Source: an uncultured Gammaproteobacteria bacterium
GTDB taxonomy: Bacteria; Pseudomonadota; Gammaproteobacteria; Chromatiales; Chromatiaceae
Length of the DNA stretch: 64,000 nucleotides
Reading direction: 5' to 3'
Assembly (NCBI GenBank): GCA_942490985.1
Contig: CALNYW010000007.1
Span: forward strand, 107,657-171,656
Shown here: piece by piece, positions 60,301 to 64,000 of the stretch
How positions within the stretch are numbered: position 1 is the first letter of the stretch
How the letters are laid out: each line of letters begins with the position of its first letter
Translations under genes and position numbers: made by a program
The notes under the pieces: generated by a model
The model's database searches: none
Seen by the model: the letters and a program-made list of their open reading frames with translations, nothing else
Told to the model about the DNA's origin: nothing

Positions 60301-61246
60301 GCGCGTAGAGCGGCACCACCTCGCTGTGCAGCATCTTGTGCTTACGCAATGTCTCGGCCGTCTCGCGTATTTCGCGCTCGCCAGACAGAAAAACGAGAAT
60401 ATCGCCACTGCCCTCACGACCCAGCTCATCGATCGCATCAACGATCGCCTGTTGCATCGATTCGTCGCGCTCACCAGCACCCGGCTCTTCCGGCGGACGG
60501 TAACGCAGCTCGACCGGGAAAGTGCGGCCAGAGACCTCGATTACCGGCGCATCCGCGAAGTGGCGTGAGAACCGAACCGGGTCGATGGTCGCCGATGTCA
60601 CGATCACCTTGAGGTCGCGGCGGCGACGCAGCAATCCCTTCAGGTAGCCGAGCAGAAAATCGATATTGAGGCTGCGTTCATGCGCCTCGTCGATGATCAG
60701 GGTGTCATACTCGGTGAGATCCCGATCGCTGCGGATTTCTGCCAACAGCATGCCATCGGTGAGCAATTTGATCTGGGTATTTTCGCCAACCCGATCGCGA
60801 AAACGCACCTTGTAGCCGACACTGGCCCCAACCTCCTGGCCAAGCTCTTTGGCGATGCGGTTGGCCAGGCTGCGCGCGGCAATACGTCGGGGCTGGGTGT
60901 GTCCTATGCGCCCGAATACCCCTCGACCAAGCTCCAGGCACAATTTGGGCAGCTGGGTGGACTTGCCCGAACCCGTCTCCCCGCACAACACCAAAACCTG
61001 GTGGTGCCTGAGTAGGCCAATGATCTCATCGCGCCGCGCGGTGATCGGCAACGCCTCGGGATAGCTGGGGTTTGGCGCCGACTCGCACCGCTGCGCCACT
61101 TTTGCCTTGGATTCGGCAACGAGGCGTGCAAACAGGTGTTTATCGTCGCTCGACGCCTGATCGCCCAGCAAACGGCGCGCCAGTTTCCGCAAGCGCCTTC
61201 GATCACGCAGCAAACAGGCGTCGATCTGCTCTTCGTACGGCGCCAA
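57353..61246 (-). CDS. hrpA: ATP-dependent RNA helicase HrpA (DEAH box)
   Basis: 1297 aa with GETGSGKST and LIIDEAHERS motifs and the long HrpA-specific C-terminal region. Confidence 0.95.
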   Translation of the reverse strand: MAPYEEQIDACLLRDRRRLRKLARRLLGDQASSDDKHLFARLVAESKAKVAQRCESAPNPSYPEALPITARRDEIIGLLRHHQVLVLCGETGSGKSTQLPKLCLELGRGVFGRIGHTQPRRIAARSLANRIAKELGQEVGASVGYKVRFRDRVGENTQIKLLTDGMLLAEIRSDRDLTEYDTLIIDEAHERSLNIDFLLGYLKGLLRRRRDLKVIVTSATIDPVRFSRHFADAPVIEVSGRTFPVELRYRPPEEPGAGERDESMQQAIVDAIDELGREGSGDILVFLSGEREIRETAETLRKHKMLHSEVVPLYARLSPAEQARVFIPSGHRRIVLATNVAETSLTVPGIRYVIDAGFARISRYSARSKIQRLPIERISQASAEQRKGRCGRVADGICIRLYDEDDFDARPAFTEPEIQRTNLAAVILQMATLGFGEVDRFPFVDPPDGRLVRDGYKLLEELAAVDRQRTVTRLGRTLARLPVDPRIGRMLLAAAHSACLGEVLVIAAALSIQDPRDRPVEKRQEADEAHAQFADERSDFVGLLNLWKFLEENRRHLTRRKFERLCRQYFLSATRVREWHDVVVQLRLQMHELGYRDNEAPADYATLHRALLSGLLSHIGLRGQGKERDYLGARNRRFYIFPGSALFSKQPKWVMAAELVETTRLYARAVAAIEPEWIEPLAGHLIKHSYAAPRWQARRGQVGADEKVTLYGLPIVPRRRVNYGPIDPETSHEIFLRHGLTEGDMQTKAPFWRHNRELIADLRASEAKSRRRDMLVDEEVIYGFYANRIPGDIYSVAQLETWLRKQPRSQAKCLHMRVADILKVEPAKETAEQYPDHLDLNDSKLPLHYRFSPGEEDDGVTLSVPVSMIGQVTPGVADRLVPGLLLEKITALLKGLPKSIRRQLVPVPDYAERCLVALPRSDAPLIQSLGQVLRDIAGVTVPEDAWSVDALPQHLQLRLQVLDPQGKRPLAISRDIAALQQTYAGHFGESANALAEQDQATRLTSWDCGTLPEQRQQRAGKLQIRVYPALVDAGDHVRLQDLDSLPNAQRAHRNGVRRLLMLVESRTRRNLQKNIRDLARMKLQYAKAPAATLSGSAVDQQSELLDDIMALAFEQAFLTDPWSIRDADAFQRCREAGRPLLGAALATISDQVADILALAHQARAALATLNQPNWRASIDDMQTQLADLVYQGFLQHVGLQQLAQYPRYLNGLVRRIDKLHDGALRDQQRLAELRLVEQPWRERQRAAAARGGQRDPRLDEIRWMLEELRVSLFAQELGTAHPVSVKRIQRRWAELAL

Positions 61247-61403
61247 AGTACATCCCAGTGGGCAAAAATTCAGTGTAACAGTGCACCTCGCGGCCTATTC
61301 CTACGTGAACTCTCAAGAATTCTCCACTGCGGCCACTACAGCTAGGGAGTGGCCAAACCGTCGACGCGCCGAATCGATTTGACCTGAAGAAGCCCGCAAC
61401 AGC

Positions 61404-63437
61404 ATGCCTGAGAAGTCGCACAACCCCGTTAATCCACTCCACCGACGCTATGACGTGAAATTCATCACGACGATCGGCTTTGGGCTGGTTATCGGTATCC
61501 TGCTGTTCGCCATCATCGGTAGCTATCACACCACCAGTAAACACAACGCCGCGCTGGCCCAGCTCGTCAGTGACTCCGATGCAAAAACGGTTCTGGCTTA
61601 CGACATGCGCGAGGCGGTCGGAGAGCGTGTCGACAGTCTGCAGTTGATGGCCGGCACGACCGACCCCTTCGAGCGAGATGCCGCCAGGATGCGCTATTCC
61701 GCTGAGGCCGGCGCCTATATCCGCGCACGTCTCGCTTTGATCGAAAGCCTTGATTCTGAGGCCGAGCAACAACTTCTTACGCCTGTCGATGTGACGGAAA
61801 AGACTGTTGAACCGGACAATTCGCGCGCGCTTGCAGCGCTGTTTGACGACTCCTTGACCGACGAGGAAGTATCAGCGGCAGTCGACGAGGCTATCGCCGG
61901 GCACCAAGATCTCCTTCACAGCCTTGACGAGATGCTCGAGGATATTCATCTGATCACCCAACAGCGCATCAAAAACGCCACCAAGCAATTCAACGATGCC
62001 TTTTGGACGGCGGTATTGCTCGGGATAGTGGCTTTTGCCATTGCGTTGTTTACCGCTGCGTTCGTGATCGTTAACACCGGCGAAAGAAGCCGCCAACTGA
62101 CGCACCAGGCAGCCCACGATCTGCTAACCGGCTTACTGAATCGCCAATCGTTCGAGGCCGCGGTTCGCTTAACGCTCGACGAAACCCAATTTGTGTCTGA
62201 GGTCCATGCCCTGATCCTGATCGATCTCGATCGGTTCAAGGTCGTCAATGACAGTTGCGGCCACCCGGCCGGTGATGCGTTGCTCAGGGATCTGGGTGCC
62301 ACGTTGTCGTCGTCATTACGGCAGTCCGACGTGTTGGCCCGACTGGGTGGCGACGAATTCGGCGTCTTGCTGCGCTACACAGAGTCGGCCGACGCCCAAT
62401 TGGTTGCTGAAAAGCTGCGCGCCACGATCGAAGCATTCGCGTTCCGCTGGCAAGGCCAGACCTTTACGATCGGCGCCAGCATCGGTCTGGTACCTTTCGG
62501 TGATCAGGAACTCGAACTCGAAGATCTGCTCACCGCCGCCGATACCTGCTGCTATTCCGCCAAGGAAGAAGGCCGCAATCGGGTGCACCACAGCGCGATC
62601 GATCGCGCCAAGATGCAACAGCGAACCGGCGAGATGCGCTGGATTTCGCGGATCAATGACGCGTTGCAAAACGACGGTTTTGTGCTCTACGGGCAGATGA
62701 TCAAGCCGCTGCGACCGACGCTGGACGACGGCCGACTGGTTCTCGAGGTGTTGCTGCGGATGTCCGACCAGGGAGGCCTCGGCATTATTCCACCCGGCCA
62801 GTTTTTACCTGCCGCCGAGCGTTACGGCATCGTGCCGGATATCGACCGCTGGGTCGTCAGGAACAGTCTGGCCTGGTTGGCCGAGCTCGGCGACCAGGCC
62901 AAGAACGTCCGCATCAATGTAAACATCTGTGGGCTTGCCGCCTCGGACCCCCAGTTTCATGCGCACGTGCGCGACTGCATCGATGAATTCGCTGTGCCAC
63001 CACGCTCGATATGTTTTGAAATCACCGAATCCGATGCTATTCGCAGCCTCAGTAATGCCGCCGCGCTGATCGATGGTCTCGGTGATCTAGGCTGTCAATT
63101 CGCCCTGGATGACTTCGGTAGCGGTCTCTCGTCTTTCAATCAATTGAGACATCTCAAAATCGACTACCTGAAGATCGATGGTAGCTTCGTTCACAACATC
63201 GACCGTGATGAAGTCAATCGCTCGATGGTCGAGGCGATCAATGCGATCGGCAAAAAGCTGGGCAAGAAGACCGTCGCCGAATTCGTCGAAAACGTCCGGG
63301 TGAGACGCATCCTCGAAGAGATCGGTGTCGACTTCGCCCAGGGTTTCGGGCTTCACAAGCCAGAACCGCTACGCAAGCTGCAAAACCAGATCTACAAGCC
63401 CGACAGAACCAACGTCACCTCAATCACGGTGGCGTAG
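61404..63437 (+). CDS. membrane sensor diguanylate cyclase / phosphodiesterase (GGDEF + EAL)
   Basis: Two TM segments flank a helical periplasmic sensor. GGDEF site RLGGDEFGVLL. EAL domain text (FVLYGQMIKP..LEVLLRM..PGQFLPAAERYGIVPDIDRWV..EITESDA..LDDFGSG..LKIDGSFV). Confidence 0.9.
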   Translation: MPEKSHNPVNPLHRRYDVKFITTIGFGLVIGILLFAIIGSYHTTSKHNAALAQLVSDSDAKTVLAYDMREAVGERVDSLQLMAGTTDPFERDAARMRYSAEAGAYIRARLALIESLDSEAEQQLLTPVDVTEKTVEPDNSRALAALFDDSLTDEEVSAAVDEAIAGHQDLLHSLDEMLEDIHLITQQRIKNATKQFNDAFWTAVLLGIVAFAIALFTAAFVIVNTGERSRQLTHQAAHDLLTGLLNRQSFEAAVRLTLDETQFVSEVHALILIDLDRFKVVNDSCGHPAGDALLRDLGATLSSSLRQSDVLARLGGDEFGVLLRYTESADAQLVAEKLRATIEAFAFRWQGQTFTIGASIGLVPFGDQELELEDLLTAADTCCYSAKEEGRNRVHHSAIDRAKMQQRTGEMRWISRINDALQNDGFVLYGQMIKPLRPTLDDGRLVLEVLLRMSDQGGLGIIPPGQFLPAAERYGIVPDIDRWVVRNSLAWLAELGDQAKNVRINVNICGLAASDPQFHAHVRDCIDEFAVPPRSICFEITESDAIRSLSNAAALIDGLGDLGCQFALDDFGSGLSSFNQLRHLKIDYLKIDGSFVHNIDRDEVNRSMVEAINAIGKKLGKKTVAEFVENVRVRRILEEIGVDFAQGFGLHKPEPLRKLQNQIYKPDRTNVTSITVA

Positions 63438-64000
63438 CTAGTGCGCGGATCCCTTCAACGCGGCGACCATGCCCTCGATCGTGTCCTTTGCATCGCCAAA
63501 AATCAGCGACGTGTTGTCTTGATAAAACAATAGATTGTCGACCCCCGAATAGCCCGGATTCATCGACCGTTTGAGGAAATAGACCTGCCTGGAACGACCA
63601 GCCTCCAGGATCGGCATGCCGTAAATCGGACTGGTCGTATCGTTCTTGGCCGCCGGATTAACGACATCGTTGGCGCCGACCACCAGGGTCACGTCAGTTG
63701 AGGCAAAATCGGGGTTGATTTCATCCATCTCGAGGACGTGATCGTAGGGGATATCGGCCTCGGCCAGCAGGACGTTCATGTGCCCAGGCATGCGTCCGGC
63801 TACCGGGTGTACACCGAATTTCACCTCGACATTCCGCGCCTCGAGTAACTCCATCAGCTCCTTCAGCGCGTGCTGGGCCTGTGCGACAGCCATACCGTAA
63901 CCCGGCACGACAATGACCCGATTGGCGTCTTCCATCCAGTAAACGGCATCTTCGACGGCCGCCGACTTGATGCCCTTTTCCATCGCCGTGGCACCGGCAC
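63438..64000 (-). CDS. pntB: NAD(P) transhydrogenase beta subunit, C-terminal (NADP-binding) part; continues past the window end
   Basis: ..VVPGYGMAVAQAQHALKELMELLEARNVEVKFGVHPVAGRMPGHMNVLLAEADIPYD..VVGANDVVNPAA..PIYGMPILE... The frame stays open to position 64000. Confidence 0.9.
   Translation of the reverse strand, partial: AGATAMEKGIKSAAVEDAVYWMEDANRVIVVPGYGMAVAQAQHALKELMELLEARNVEVKFGVHPVAGRMPGHMNVLLAEADIPYDHVLEMDEINPDFASTDVTLVVGANDVVNPAAKNDTTSPIYGMPILEAGRSRQVYFLKRSMNPGYSGVDNLLFYQDNTSLIFGDAKDTIEGMVAALKGSAH

Noticed and set aside
58091-60568. 825-aa plus-strand ORF (with nested 139-, 118- and 87-aa ORFs) opposite hrpA
   Set aside because: It lies entirely antisense to a well-supported 1297-aa DEAH helicase gene. 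The composition is Arg/Gly/Pro/Ala-rich and I see no motifs. Long stop-free antisense frames are expected at this GC content.

Overview
High-GC, gammaproteobacterial-type chromosome segment, read by hand from the six-frame track and the raw sequence.

(1) 0-29 kb is mostly a minus-strand housekeeping block in the Pseudomonas-like order metZ-purF-cvpA-dedD-folC-accD-trpA-trpB-trpF-truA-fimV-asd-leuB-leuD-leuC. It is preceded by a copper-type TonB receptor cluster (the receptor is missing from the ORF track because it runs off the window). It is followed by a LysR regulator, an RND pump (adaptor + RND), an MFS transporter, a Doc/AbrB-type toxin-antitoxin pair and aroC.

(2) 29.1-47.4 kb is an ~18 kb surface-polysaccharide/glycosylation island of about 18 genes:
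- 7 glycosyltransferases
- 5 SAM methyltransferases
- a DegT-type aminotransferase
- an NAD epimerase/dehydratase
- a Wzm/Wzt ABC exporter
- a wHTH regulator
- a TMTC/PMT-like GT-C membrane protein with a TPR tail, next to a GtrB/DPM1-like GT2

GC in the island is patchy and locally lower. From ~30.7 to ~46.2 kb almost every gene changes frame one or more times while still spelling family motifs. I count roughly three dozen single-base disruptions, against one (in asd) in the ~47 kb of flanking sequence. Whether this is real recent decay or a local consensus-quality problem cannot be decided from sequence alone.

(3) 47.6-64 kb carries tolC, an M23 peptidase, an MsbA-like ABC exporter, a YheT-like hydrolase, several small genes (psiE, DUF1311-like, thioredoxin-fold, SLT, DUF938, ychJ), a solo RHH gene, hrpA, a GGDEF-EAL protein and partial pntB.

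I saw no rRNA, tRNA, CRISPR, transposase, integrase or recognisable defence system. I did not find a convincing novel multi-gene system. The most unusual signals are the indel-saturated island, three locally compensated frame-shifted windows, the GT-C/GT2 pair, a frameshifted asd, and several sub-60-aa genes absent from the ORF track.
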